The notes beneath the pieces are model-generated. The model made no database searches. It saw only the letters and a program-made list of their open reading frames with translations, and was not told where the DNA came from. A stretch of 27,189 bases of DNA from an uncultured Pseudomonadota bacterium (lineage in GTDB: Bacteria; Myxococcota_A; Polyangia; Fen-1088), in contig CAWKBC010000031.1 in NCBI GenBank assembly GCA_963847705.1, forward strand, positions 1 to 27,189, in the 5' to 3' direction. Below, piece after piece: positions 16,995 through 26,026 of this stretch (positions are counted from its first letter, which is position 1; each line of letters opens with the position of its first letter). The position numbers were made by a program, and so were the translations under genes.

Positions 16995-17444
16995 ATGGCG
17001 CGCGCCAACAACTTCGGCAGCGGGGACGACGAGCCCGGACCGATGATCGTCCACATCAACGTGACGCCGCTGGTCGACATCACTCTGGTGTTGCTGATCA
17101 TCTTCATGGTGACGGCCTCGTACATCGTCAGCCCGGCGATCCGCGTCGACCTGCCCAAGGCGGGGTCGGGAACGGAGCAGCAGCGGACCTCCCTGGGGTT
17201 GACCCTGACCCGGAGCGGCGCCCTCTACCTGAACGGCGCGCCCAGCAGCGACGACGCCGTCCTGCGCTACATCGGCGGCGAGCTGCCGCGCAATCCGGAT
17301 CTCCAGGCGCTGATCGCCGCAGATCGGGCCGTCCCGCACGGCGATGTCGTCCATCTGATCGACATCGTCAAGCGGGCCGGCGTCCGCCGCTTCGCCCTGA
17401 ACGTCGACCCGGACGCGCCCCCTGCCCCTCCCAGATCCGAATGA
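16995..17444 (+). CDS. ExbD/TolR family protein
   Basis: INVTPLVDITLVLLIIFMVT (conserved TM Asp), VDLPKA and IAADRAVPHGDVV. ATG is 7 bp after the exbB stop. Confidence 0.92.
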   Translation: MARANNFGSGDDEPGPMIVHINVTPLVDITLVLLIIFMVTASYIVSPAIRVDLPKAGSGTEQQRTSLGLTLTRSGALYLNGAPSSDDAVLRYIGGELPRNPDLQALIAADRAVPHGDVVHLIDIVKRAGVRRFALNVDPDAPPAPPRSE

Positions 17445-17464
17445 GTCCGAATGACCCCGAATGA
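17437..17464 (+). repeat. Three ccgaatga direct repeats with a 10-bp period
   Basis: ccgaatga occurs at 17437, 17447 and 17457. Confidence 0.8.
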
Positions 17465-17560
17465 CAGTCGCCTGACTCCGAAAAGCTCCCCGATCCAGCA
17501 TCTCAGACTTGGACTTTGAGAGGCGTTCAGCGATATGCTGCTGCGCGGGACCTCCTCTGA

Positions 17561-19621
17561 ATGACACGCCCGACTAGGTCGCACGCGCGCCTCGCGGCAG
17601 CCATCTTCCCTTGCCTCGCCCTGGTCCTGCTCGCGCCGGTGCGGATCGCGCACGCGCAGACCAGCGTGGCGCCGCAGGACACCAGCATCGATCCGCAGCT
17701 GTTCCAGCCGGCGATCGGTCCGCAGAACTTCCTGACGGTCGAGGGCGCCGACGTCCCCGATCACAAGCGACTCAGCTTCGGCCTGACGCTCAACTACCAG
17801 CAGCGGCCGTACACGATCTTCACCGAGACCCCGAACGGCTCCGGCGAGACGCACATCATCGCCAACCAGCTCACCAGCGAGCTGGACGCGGCCATCGGCC
17901 TCTTCGGGCGCTATCAGATCGGCATCGGCATTCCGTTCACGTTCTACCTCGACGGCGATGAGGTGAACGGGATGGGGATGCCGGCCAACCTGCACCTGGT
18001 CGAGACCGGCATCGGTGACATTCGGCTGCAGGGGAAGGCCCACCTCGCGACGCTGGGCGACGACGATCAGTACGAGCTCGGGCTCTCCGCCGGGCTGACG
18101 TTGCCCACCGGGCACACGCAAGGACGCGCCTACCTGGGCGACAAGACGGTGACCGGCCGGATCGTCGCCATCGGCACCATCGACTTCGGGCCGGTGCGCG
18201 CCGGCGGCAACCTGGGGATCCTGATCCGCGAGACCTCCGACAGCTTCGCCACCCAGCTCGGCCCGCAGCTCCTCTACGGCGCGGCCGCCGACTACACGAT
18301 CGACAAGAAGACGGACGTCATCCTAGAACTCGCCGGCCGCAGCGGCCTCAACCAGTTCGCCTCGTTCTACAACGACGTCAACCCGTTCGAGGTCGACGTG
18401 GCGGGACGCCGCAGCATCAAGGGCATGTGGGCAGTGACGGCGGGCGTCGGGCGCGGGCTCGGCAACGGCATCGGGGCGCCCGACCTGCGCCTGTTCGCGA
18501 TGCTCAACTTCAATCCCGACTTTCGCGATCGGGACCACGACGGCATCTACGACGTCGACGACAAGTGCCCCGATCAGCCGGAGGATCGCGACGGCTTCCA
18601 GGACGAGGACGGCTGCCCCGACCCCGACAACGACGGCGACGGCATCCCGGACGTCAAGGACAAGTGTCCCAACGAGGCCGAGGACATCGACGAGTTCCAG
18701 GACGAGGACGGCTGCCCCGATCCCGACAACGACAAGGACGGCATCCCCGACATCAACGACGCTTGCCCGAACGCCCCCGAAGACCACAAGGGGAAGTTCC
18801 CCAACGACGGCTGCCCGTCGAGCGCCGAGGACAGCGACGGCGACGGCATCCCCGACGGCGTCGACAAGTGCCCCGACGAGCCGGAGGACAAGGACGGGTT
18901 CGAGGACGCCGACGGCTGCCCCGATCCCGACAACGACGGCGACGGCATCCCCGACAACTTCGACAATTGCCCGAACGCGCCCGAGGACACCGACGGGTTC
19001 CAGGACGAGGACGGCTGCCCCGATCCCGACAACGACAAGGACGGCATCCCCGACGCCACCGACAAGTGCCCGATGCAGCCCGAGACCCTGAACGGGATCA
19101 AGGACGACGACGGCTGTCCCGACCCTGGCCCCGAGTGGGTCCGGCTCGGCGAGGGGAAGATCGAGGTCGACGAGAAGCTCGGCTTCGTCAGCCACGCCAG
19201 CCGGGTCACGCTGCGAGAATCGTCCGCCAAGGTGGTGAACGACGTCGCGCTGGTGATGAAGGGGCACCCCGAGATCGTCAAGCTGCGGATCGAGGTCTAC
19301 GCGCCCGGTGTCCCCAAGGCCGAGACGCAAAGACGCGCTGACGCCCTGAACGACTTCCTGGTCGGCAAGGGGGTCGACGGCAGCCGGATCGAGGCGGTCG
19401 GTCAAGGGGCCGGCGCGGCCAGGATTGACTTCAACATCACCATCGGTGAGCCGCCCAAGCCGGGGGCCGCCGCGACGCCCGCCGCGCCGGCGACGCCCGC
19501 GCCGGTGGCGCCCTCTGCCCCCTCTGCCAAGCCAGCCGCGCCGCCTGCCGCCGTGCCCCCCAAGCCGCCGGCGGCCACGCCGGCCCCCGTGCCCGGAGTG
19601 ACGGCGCCCGGCAAGTCCTGA
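17561..19621 (+). CDS. TraB-like outer-membrane protein: beta-barrel, thrombospondin type-3 repeats, degenerate OmpA-like domain and Pro/Ala tail
   Basis: Signal peptide (AHA/Q) and an amphipathic beta-strand region (GIGDIRL, LTLPTG, GIGAPDLR). Six DxDxDGIxDxxDxCP units. OmpA-like segment LRESS..V..VA.VM..HPEI..LRIE...RRA...GV...RIEAVG. Confidence 0.85.
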   Translation: MTRPTRSHARLAAAIFPCLALVLLAPVRIAHAQTSVAPQDTSIDPQLFQPAIGPQNFLTVEGADVPDHKRLSFGLTLNYQQRPYTIFTETPNGSGETHIIANQLTSELDAAIGLFGRYQIGIGIPFTFYLDGDEVNGMGMPANLHLVETGIGDIRLQGKAHLATLGDDDQYELGLSAGLTLPTGHTQGRAYLGDKTVTGRIVAIGTIDFGPVRAGGNLGILIRETSDSFATQLGPQLLYGAAADYTIDKKTDVILELAGRSGLNQFASFYNDVNPFEVDVAGRRSIKGMWAVTAGVGRGLGNGIGAPDLRLFAMLNFNPDFRDRDHDGIYDVDDKCPDQPEDRDGFQDEDGCPDPDNDGDGIPDVKDKCPNEAEDIDEFQDEDGCPDPDNDKDGIPDINDACPNAPEDHKGKFPNDGCPSSAEDSDGDGIPDGVDKCPDEPEDKDGFEDADGCPDPDNDGDGIPDNFDNCPNAPEDTDGFQDEDGCPDPDNDKDGIPDATDKCPMQPETLNGIKDDDGCPDPGPEWVRLGEGKIEVDEKLGFVSHASRVTLRESSAKVVNDVALVMKGHPEIVKLRIEVYAPGVPKAETQRRADALNDFLVGKGVDGSRIEAVGQGAGAARIDFNITIGEPPKPGAAATPAAPATPAPVAPSAPSAKPAAPPAAVPPKPPAATPAPVPGVTAPGKS
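18527..19125 (+). repeat. Coding TSP type-3 Ca-binding repeats (6 units of about 33 aa)
   Basis: The blocks gacggcatccccgac...gacaagtgcccc and ttccaggacgaggacggctgccccga recur. Confidence 0.88.
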
Positions 19622-20397
19622 TGCGAATCGTCGGCTGGGGCGCGTCAGACGTGGGACGAAAGCGCGCCCACAACGAGGACAGTCTCCTCTGCAACAACGA
19701 TCTGCATCTCTACGCCGTCGCGGACGGCATGGGTGGGCACCTCGGGGGTGAGCGGGCCAGCAGCATGGCCGTCGAGATCCTGGAGCGCGAGATCGAAGAG
19801 GTCCGCCGGGCCGGCCTGCTGGCGATTCGCCCCGAGAGGGTGACCACCGGCGCCTCGCACCCGGTGAACGCGCTCCTCGGCCGCGCGGTGGTCGAGGCCG
19901 ATCGCCACATCTACGAGGCCGCGATGGCCAACCCCGAGCTCTCGGGGATGGGGACGACCCTGACCGCGCTGCTCTTCTCCGACGGCTACGTCCACCTCAG
20001 CCACGTCGGTGACTCGCGCGCCTACCTCTACCGCGACGGCCGCGCCCGCCAGCTGACCGAGGATCACTCCTGGATTCAGGAGCAGGTGCGCGCCGGGCTC
20101 ATCTCGCCCGAGGAGGCCAAGGAGTCGCGCTTCCGCAACATCATCACCCGCTCGGTCGGCTTCGAGCCGAGCGTCGAGCCGGACCTCGCCGGCATCGCCG
20201 TCCAGGCGGGCGACTGCTTCGTCCTCTGCTCGGACGGCCTCTCGAACTACCTGACCATCGACGAGCTGGCCCAGGTGCTGACCGGCCACTTCTACCGCGA
20301 CGTCGCCAACGTCTTCGTCGACCTGGCCAACCAGCGCGGCGGCGACGACAACGTCACCTGCCTGGTGGTCTACGCGGGCAACGAAATCCCGGGTTAG
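19621..20397 (+). CDS. PP2C (PPM) family Ser/Thr protein phosphatase
   Basis: Motifs SDVGRKR..NED, VADGMGGH, GMGTT, HVGDSRAY, QLTEDHS, LCSDGL and GGDDNVT. The start overlaps the upstream stop (TGATG). Confidence 0.95.
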   Translation: MRIVGWGASDVGRKRAHNEDSLLCNNDLHLYAVADGMGGHLGGERASSMAVEILEREIEEVRRAGLLAIRPERVTTGASHPVNALLGRAVVEADRHIYEAAMANPELSGMGTTLTALLFSDGYVHLSHVGDSRAYLYRDGRARQLTEDHSWIQEQVRAGLISPEEAKESRFRNIITRSVGFEPSVEPDLAGIAVQAGDCFVLCSDGLSNYLTIDELAQVLTGHFYRDVANVFVDLANQRGGDDNVTCLVVYAGNEIPG

Positions 20398-21662
20398 GCC
20401 GGGGGCAGTCCCTGGCGGTCGAGCCGCTCGCGGATGATGGCCTCGGCAAGCTCGGGCACCACCTCCCACACGACCTGCTCGATGATCTCCCGCGAAAGCT
20501 TGGCGATCGCCGCGTACTCGGGGCCCTTGGCGCTGATGGCCGCCAGCTTCTGATCGACAGCCGCCGTCACCATGGCGGGGGGCGGCGTGGGGGTCGCTTC
20601 GCGCGCGCGCACCGGCGGCACCGGGGTCGCTTCGCGCGCGCGCACCGGCGGCGGCGGGGTGATCTCGCGCGTGCGAGCCAGAGGCGCGGGCGTCGGCGCC
20701 CGGGGACGCGGAGGCGGCGCCAGGTCGGCCGGCGGCATCGGGGTCATCGTCCGCGGGCGCGGCTGCCCGAACGGCATGGCCGGCGCGACGGGGGCCGCCA
20801 GCGGGGCCATCGGGGCGGTTGGCGACCGCATGGCCGGCGCGAGCGGAGCCATCGGGGGCGCGGTCGGACCCGCCGGGCGCTGGGCTCCGGGGATCGGGAC
20901 CCCGGCTGCCGGAAGGCCGATCATCGTCCGCCCGACCGCCGGTGCGGCTGGCCTTGGCGGCAGGCTGGGCGCCGGCGCGGCCGGCCCGCCGAGCGGGCGA
21001 ACCGGCATGGTGCCGGGGCGACCGGGCGGCATGGCGCCGGGGCGCATGCCGGGAATCAAGGATGGACGCATCGTGGGCACGCCGGGCGCGCTCCCCACGC
21101 CGGGCAGCGACGAAGGGTTCGGGCGGGGGGCCGCGGCCACGGCCGGAGCGCCGGTGACGATCGGCAGCGGCGTCGCGGGGCCGGACGAATCGATGCTGAT
21201 CTCACCGTAGTCGTCGTCCTCCATCGCCGAGGCAGGAAGCGATGCCGCGGTGGCGCGCGCGGGGGGCGCCGCGGGTGCGGCGGGCTGGGGCGAGACCCCG
21301 CCGGCCGCCGCGTACACCTTTTCCATGAACGCCGAGGTGTCCCAGGGCTTGAGCAGGTGGCCGTCCGCCCCGGCGCTCGTCCCCCGCGCCTCATCGTACG
21401 GCTGCTGGGACGAGGCGAGGATGTAGACAGGTACCCCACTCAGGGTCGCATCGGCGCGCACCTGGGCGCAGAGGTCGTACCCGGTCCGCCCCGGCATCGC
21501 CCCGTCAGCGATGATCAGATCGGGGCGGGCCTGCCGCGCCAGCGTCAACCCTTCGTCCGCCGACCGTGCCGAAGCGATCGAGACGTCCTCGCCCGCGAAC
21601 GTCAAGGCGAAGGCCTTCTGGATCGTCACGCTGTCGTCGGCGATCAGGATACGTTTCGCCAT
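20394..21662 (-). CDS. romR: RomR-like polarity response regulator (receiver, Pro-rich linker, RomR C-terminal helix)
   Basis: Receiver motifs ILIADDSVTIQK, DLIIAD (phosphoacceptor) and LLKP. Long Pro/Ala linker. The C-terminus SREIIEQVVWEVVPELAEAIIRE matches the RomR motif as recalled. GTG 21668 is an alternative start. Confidence 0.8.
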   Translation of the reverse strand: MAKRILIADDSVTIQKAFALTFAGEDVSIASARSADEGLTLARQARPDLIIADGAMPGRTGYDLCAQVRADATLSGVPVYILASSQQPYDEARGTSAGADGHLLKPWDTSAFMEKVYAAAGGVSPQPAAPAAPPARATAASLPASAMEDDDYGEISIDSSGPATPLPIVTGAPAVAAAPRPNPSSLPGVGSAPGVPTMRPSLIPGMRPGAMPPGRPGTMPVRPLGGPAAPAPSLPPRPAAPAVGRTMIGLPAAGVPIPGAQRPAGPTAPPMAPLAPAMRSPTAPMAPLAAPVAPAMPFGQPRPRTMTPMPPADLAPPPRPRAPTPAPLARTREITPPPPVRAREATPVPPVRAREATPTPPPAMVTAAVDQKLAAISAKGPEYAAIAKLSREIIEQVVWEVVPELAEAIIRERLDRQGLPPA

Positions 21663-21740
21663 GTTCACCAGGAAATATCATCAACGCCATAGGTGGTCAA
21701 TGCGGGCGCCGCTCGGCTAAGCCGCGCTCCGTCGACGCGA

Positions 21741-22613
21741 ATGAGGCATGATGCGCCGATCGTGAGCGCCGGGGAGATCCGTCTGGTCGTCAACGCCGAC
21801 GATTTCGGCATGTCGGCCGCCATTTCGCGCGGGATTCTGCGGGCGCACCGCGACGGGATCGTCACCAGCACCTCCCTGCTGGGGAACGCCCCCGATCTGC
21901 CGGGCGCCAACGCGATGTTGAGCGAGGCGCCCAACCTGGGCGTCGGCGTCCACCTGGCGCTCTGCGGCGGCGGCCCGGTGGCGGCCGCCGACGGCGTTCG
22001 CTCGCTGCTCGCCCCGGACGGCGCCTTCTGGCCGCGCGGTCAGGACTTCATCGCCGCCTGGATGAAAGGGCGGGTCCTGGCGTCCGAGGTCGAGCGCGAG
22101 CTCGACGCCCAGGTGGCGCGCGTCCGCGACGCCGGAATCGCCATTGACCACCTCGACGCCCACCACCACCTTGGCTTTCTTCCAGTGGTTGGACGCGCGA
22201 TGGAAGCGGTGGCGCGGCGGCACGGCATCGCCGGGATCCGCAGCGCGGTCGAGCGCCCGACGCTCGCCTGGGCCACGGATCCGCGGCGCGGGCTGGAGGC
22301 GGGCCTCATCACCCTGTCGGCCTGGCTGACGCGGCGGCAGCTCGGCGCGCGCCGGCACGGGCCACAGAGCTGGGGCTATGTGGAGGCCGGCCATCTCGAC
22401 GAGATCCGGATTCTGGAGATCATCGGGCGGCTCGGGCCTGGGCCCCACGAGCTCATCTGTCATCCCGGTGAGGCGGCCGGCGAGGGTGACACGCGGGGGA
22501 ACTCTCCCCGCTACCAGCGCACCGCCGAGCTGGCCTCGCTCACCTCGGCAAAAGTCCGGCGCGCGCTCGAGCAACGCGACATCACGCTCTGCCGCTGGGG
22601 CGACCTGTTTTGA
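21741..22613 (+). CDS. ChbG/HpnK (YdjC) family deacetylase
   Basis: Motifs VVNADDFG, GIVTSTSL, VGVHL, DHLDAHHH and ELICHPG. The start is uncertain (ATG 21741 or GTG 21762). Confidence 0.9.
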   Translation: MRHDAPIVSAGEIRLVVNADDFGMSAAISRGILRAHRDGIVTSTSLLGNAPDLPGANAMLSEAPNLGVGVHLALCGGGPVAAADGVRSLLAPDGAFWPRGQDFIAAWMKGRVLASEVERELDAQVARVRDAGIAIDHLDAHHHLGFLPVVGRAMEAVARRHGIAGIRSAVERPTLAWATDPRRGLEAGLITLSAWLTRRQLGARRHGPQSWGYVEAGHLDEIRILEIIGRLGPGPHELICHPGEAAGEGDTRGNSPRYQRTAELASLTSAKVRRALEQRDITLCRWGDLF

Positions 22614-24712
22614 GCCAAGGGCCGACTCCCGCGGACCGCACCGTGCGCCCTGCCGGCGATGACGCAGGCCTGGCCGGCGGCGCCGCCCTCCCCGCACCCT
22701 ACGTCCCCGCCGAGGCGAACCTGGCGGAGCTGTCGGCGCGCGCCATCGCGCTCGGCATGGTGTTCGGGGTGATCTTCGGCGCCGCCACGGTCTACCTGGC
22801 GCTCAAGGCGGGGCTCACCGTCTCGGCCTCCATCCCCATCGCGGTGCTGGCGATCTCGGTGTTCAAGCGCTTCGGCTCGTCGACGATCCTGGAGAACAAC
22901 ATCGTCCAGACCATCGGCTCGGCCGGCGAGTCGATCGCCGCCGGGGTGGTCTTCACGCTGCCGGGCTTTCTTTTCCTCAGCCGCGACCCCGCCACCGGCC
23001 TCAGCGTCGGCGAGCCCTACTTTTCGTACTGGACCATCCTCTCGCTGGCGATGATCGGCGGCGTGCTCGGCGTCCTGATGATGATCCCGCTCCGCCGCTC
23101 GCTGATCGTCAAGGAGCACGCCACCCTCCCCTACCCGGAAGGGACCGCCTGCGCCTCGGTGCTCATTGCCGGCGAGCGGGGGGGCGATCTGGCCCGCACC
23201 GCCTTCCAGGGGCTCGGCTTCGCGGTCGTCTACGCTTTCATGCAGAAGGTCTTTCGATTCGTCGCCGAGACCCCGACGCTGGCGATCCGCGCCACCAACC
23301 GCTACCTGCCGGCCGCGGTGCTGAGCGGGGACATCACGCCGGAGTACCTGGGCGTCGGCTACATCATCGGCCCCCAGATCGCCGGCGTGCTGGTGGCGGG
23401 CGGTGTGCTCGCCTGGCTGGGGCTCATCCCGCTCCTGACCGTGGTGACGCCGGCCGACACCATCGCCGCCCAGCTGGTGAAGCTCGGCTACCTGGGGAGC
23501 CTGTCGACGGCTGGCGGCCCGGGTGGCTGGAATCCGGCGACGCACGCCTTCGCCGACACGGCCGCGGCCGTCTACCGCGCCTACGTCCGCCAGATCGGCG
23601 CCGGCGCGGTCGCCGCGGGCGGCTTCATCACGCTCTTGAAGACGCTGCCGACGATCGTCTCGTCGTTCAAGGAGAGCGTGGCGTCGCTGCGCCACCGTCA
23701 CGAGCGCGTCGACGCCCGGACCGAGCGCGATCTGCCGATCACCGTGGTGCTGGTCGGCTCGGTGATCCTGGTGCTGGTGATGGCCCTCCTGCCCTTCGTT
23801 CCCGGCGCGGGGATCGGCAGCAAGCTGCTGCTCGGGCTCCTGATCGTGGTGTTCGGGTTCTTCTTCGTCACCGTGGCCAGCCGGATCGTCGGTCTCATCG
23901 GCTCGTCATCCAACCCGATCTCGGGCATGACCATCGCGACGCTGATGGGGACCTGCCTGGTCTTCGTCGGCCTGCGCTGGACGGCCGACGTCTACCAGCC
24001 GATGGCGCTCTGCGTGGGGGCGATGGTCTGCATCGCCGCCGCCAACGCCGGCGGGACCTCCCAGGACCTCAAGACCGGGTTCCTGGTGGGCGCCACGCCC
24101 CGCGCGCAGCAGATTGGCCTGCTCATCGGGGTGGTGACCGCCACGCTGGTGGTCGGCTTCACCATCCGGGTGCTCGACCGGCCGCCGCACCACCTGATCG
24201 GCTCCGACCTCTACCCGGCCCCGCAGGCAACCCTGATGGCGACCCTGATCAAGGGGCTGCTCTCCTTCAACCTGGACTGGCAGTTCGTGATGGTGGGCGT
24301 CGCGCTGGCCGCCACCGTCGAGCTCTGCGGCGTCGGCTCGCTGTCCTTCGCGGTCGGCGCCTACCTGCCGCTCTCCACCACCTCACCGATCTTCGTGGGC
24401 GGGCTGGTCCGGGCGCTGGCGGATCGGGCCGCGCGCAAACGGGGGGAGACCGTGGCCGCCAGCGAAGCCGAGCTCGGCCCGGGAAATCTGTTCGCCACCG
24501 GCCTGGTGGCGGGCGGCGCGGTCGCCGGCGTGGCCATCGCGCTCGCCACCGTGACCGACAGCGGGGCGCGCGTGGTCAACGCGCTTTCGATCGAGAACGG
24601 GCTGACGCGCATGCTCGGCGCCGGCGGCTACCAGCTCCTGGGGCTCGGCTGCTTCGCGGCGATGGCGGCGACGCTCTGGCGCGTGGCCCACCGGCGTGTC
24701 GACAGCAAGTAA
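22610..24712 (+). CDS. OPT family oligopeptide transporter
   Basis: Motifs [48 protein letters not shown] and APQATLM. The TTG start overlaps the upstream TGA. Confidence 0.93.
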   Translation: MSQGPTPADRTVRPAGDDAGLAGGAALPAPYVPAEANLAELSARAIALGMVFGVIFGAATVYLALKAGLTVSASIPIAVLAISVFKRFGSSTILENNIVQTIGSAGESIAAGVVFTLPGFLFLSRDPATGLSVGEPYFSYWTILSLAMIGGVLGVLMMIPLRRSLIVKEHATLPYPEGTACASVLIAGERGGDLARTAFQGLGFAVVYAFMQKVFRFVAETPTLAIRATNRYLPAAVLSGDITPEYLGVGYIIGPQIAGVLVAGGVLAWLGLIPLLTVVTPADTIAAQLVKLGYLGSLSTAGGPGGWNPATHAFADTAAAVYRAYVRQIGAGAVAAGGFITLLKTLPTIVSSFKESVASLRHRHERVDARTERDLPITVVLVGSVILVLVMALLPFVPGAGIGSKLLLGLLIVVFGFFFVTVASRIVGLIGSSSNPISGMTIATLMGTCLVFVGLRWTADVYQPMALCVGAMVCIAAANAGGTSQDLKTGFLVGATPRAQQIGLLIGVVTATLVVGFTIRVLDRPPHHLIGSDLYPAPQATLMATLIKGLLSFNLDWQFVMVGVALAATVELCGVGSLSFAVGAYLPLSTTSPIFVGGLVRALADRAARKRGETVAASEAELGPGNLFATGLVAGGAVAGVAIALATVTDSGARVVNALSIENGLTRMLGAGGYQLLGLGCFAAMAATLWRVAHRRVDSK

Positions 24713-24774
24713 GTTCCCCGAGGTCACGCTCGATGGTGCACGGTGGGGTCTCATCCACGCGAAGGAGACCGCCC

Positions 24775-24987
24775 ATGAACCACAACGCCTGCAAAACCAA
24801 GATCGACAAGCTCTGGAAGGAGACCTCGGGTCACCTCACCACCGCCCCGCAGGCGCTCCGGGTGCCTCTGCACCGGCTGTTCCGCTCGGTGATCGACCTG
24901 ATCGAGGTCAAGAACGTCTGCGTGCTTCACCTCTACGAGGTGCCCAACGCCGTACCGGCGGCGCCCCGGAAGAGGGCGACGGCCTGA
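24775..24987 (+). CDS. Small hypothetical protein (70 aa)
   Basis: RBS aaggag before ATG 24775 and GC3-rich codons. No recognised domain. Confidence 0.6.
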   Translation: MNHNACKTKIDKLWKETSGHLTTAPQALRVPLHRLFRSVIDLIEVKNVCVLHLYEVPNAVPAAPRKRATA

Positions 24988-25066
24988 CGGCAGGCCCCGA
25001 GGCCGTGCCCGCAAGGAGCAAACCGAGACGGCCACCGACAAACCGGCCGGGCCTCGACTGATTACC

Positions 25067-25143
25067 TGGTGCGGCTGGCAAGATTCGAACTTGCTACCCC
25101 CGGCTTCGTAGGCCGGTGCTCTATCCAGATGAGCTACAGCCGC
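25067..25143 (-). tRNA. tRNA-Arg(ACG)
   Basis: Acceptor GCGGCTG/CAGCCGC plus ACCA. Anticodon arm CCGGC-CTACGAA-GCCGG. T loop TTCGAAT. Confidence 0.97.
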
Positions 25144-25265
25144 AGACGTGCGATTGGCGCTTGCGGAGGGACACGTATGCCGTGCGGGCGCGCGCACGTC
25201 AAGTAGAAGAGACGCCGGTCGTTCACCTATCGTCGTGGCTTCTTGCCGGGTCTGTTGCTGGTCTC

Positions 25266-25294
25266 TTGCGCCCGCGGACCCGTTCCTCTATCTT
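25266..25294 (+). promoter_or_regulatory. Candidate sigma70 promoter for tRNA-Ser(GCT)
   Basis: TTGCGC (25266-25271), 17 bp and TATCTT (25289-25294), followed by GC-rich ccccgg, 27 bp upstream of the tRNA. Confidence 0.55.
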
Positions 25295-25321
25295 CCCCGG
25301 TGCCGTGTCAAAAACGGCACT

Positions 25322-25412
25322 GGAGAGGTGGCCGAGAGGCCGAAGGCGGCGGTTTGCTAAACCGTTATACGGCCCAAAAGCTGTATCGAGGGTTCGAATC
25401 CCTCCCTCTCCG
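25322..25412 (+). tRNA. tRNA-Ser(GCT), CCA not encoded
   Basis: Acceptor GGAGAGG/CCTCTCC plus G. Anticodon arm GCGGT-TTGCTAA-ACCGT. Long variable arm and GGTTCGAATCC. Confidence 0.96.
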
Positions 25413-25426
25413 CGGCGCGGTTTTCG

Positions 25427-25879
25427 GTGAAGACTAAATTGAAGAGGACGCTCCTGTTCGCGGCGGCGCTCCTGGGTGCCGTCGGATGCGGGGGCAGCGA
25501 CAGCGGTTCGGCGGTCACGTACGCCTACGCCACCGCCGAGCCGACCGGCGTCCCGGGCCAGTTTTGCGTCCTGGTGAAGGGCCCCATCAGCGTCGGCCAG
25601 AGCTGGATGCACTACGCGATCGATGACAGCGGCGCCGGAACCGACGCCATCCGCGCGGTCATCGTCTCCGACTCTGCTTTCGCCATCGAGCAGTGCAACT
25701 TCGGAGCCTACCGGCCGGCGCCCATCGCCGACGTCAGCTTCACCGGATCCACGAGCGGCGACATCGGAGCGCCGCCCAACGACTTCGCGGTCCCTGCGGA
25801 CACCTACGACTTCGTCGTCACCTGCGAAAACTCCGACCTGCCCTGCACCTTCGACCTGACCTGGTCCGCGACCTACTAG
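25427..25879 (+). CDS. Hypothetical lipoprotein
   Basis: Basic N-terminus, h-region and lipobox AVGC. GC3-rich codons and four further Cys residues. It lies between two convergent tRNA-Ser genes. Confidence 0.75.
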   Translation: MKTKLKRTLLFAAALLGAVGCGGSDSGSAVTYAYATAEPTGVPGQFCVLVKGPISVGQSWMHYAIDDSGAGTDAIRAVIVSDSAFAIEQCNFGAYRPAPIADVSFTGSTSGDIGAPPNDFAVPADTYDFVVTCENSDLPCTFDLTWSATY

Positions 25880-25920
25880 TGGCCGCGGAGCGAGGCCGTC
25901 TTCACAGACCGCCCGGTCAC

Positions 25921-26008
25921 TGGAGGAGGAGATAGGATTCGAACCTACGGACCCTTGCGGGTCTACAGTTTTCAAGACTGTCGCCTTCGACCACTCGGCC
26001 ACTCCTCC
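25921..26008 (-). tRNA. tRNA-Ser(TGA)
   Basis: Acceptor GGAGGAG/CTCCTCC plus TCCA. Anticodon arm ACAGT-CTTGAAA-ACTGT. Variable arm GACCC-GCAA-GGGTC. Confidence 0.96.
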
Positions 26009-26026
26009 GATACTGAAGACCCTCGG

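Noticed and set aside
25318-25925. cactggag at 25318 and 25918 as att or target-site duplication
   Set aside because: It is only 8 bp and partly made of tRNA termini, with no integrase present. It is likely chance.
25921-26008. Selenocysteine or suppressor tRNA
   Set aside because: The anticodon is TGA (reads UCA, Ser), not TCA, and the acceptor stem is a normal 7 bp.
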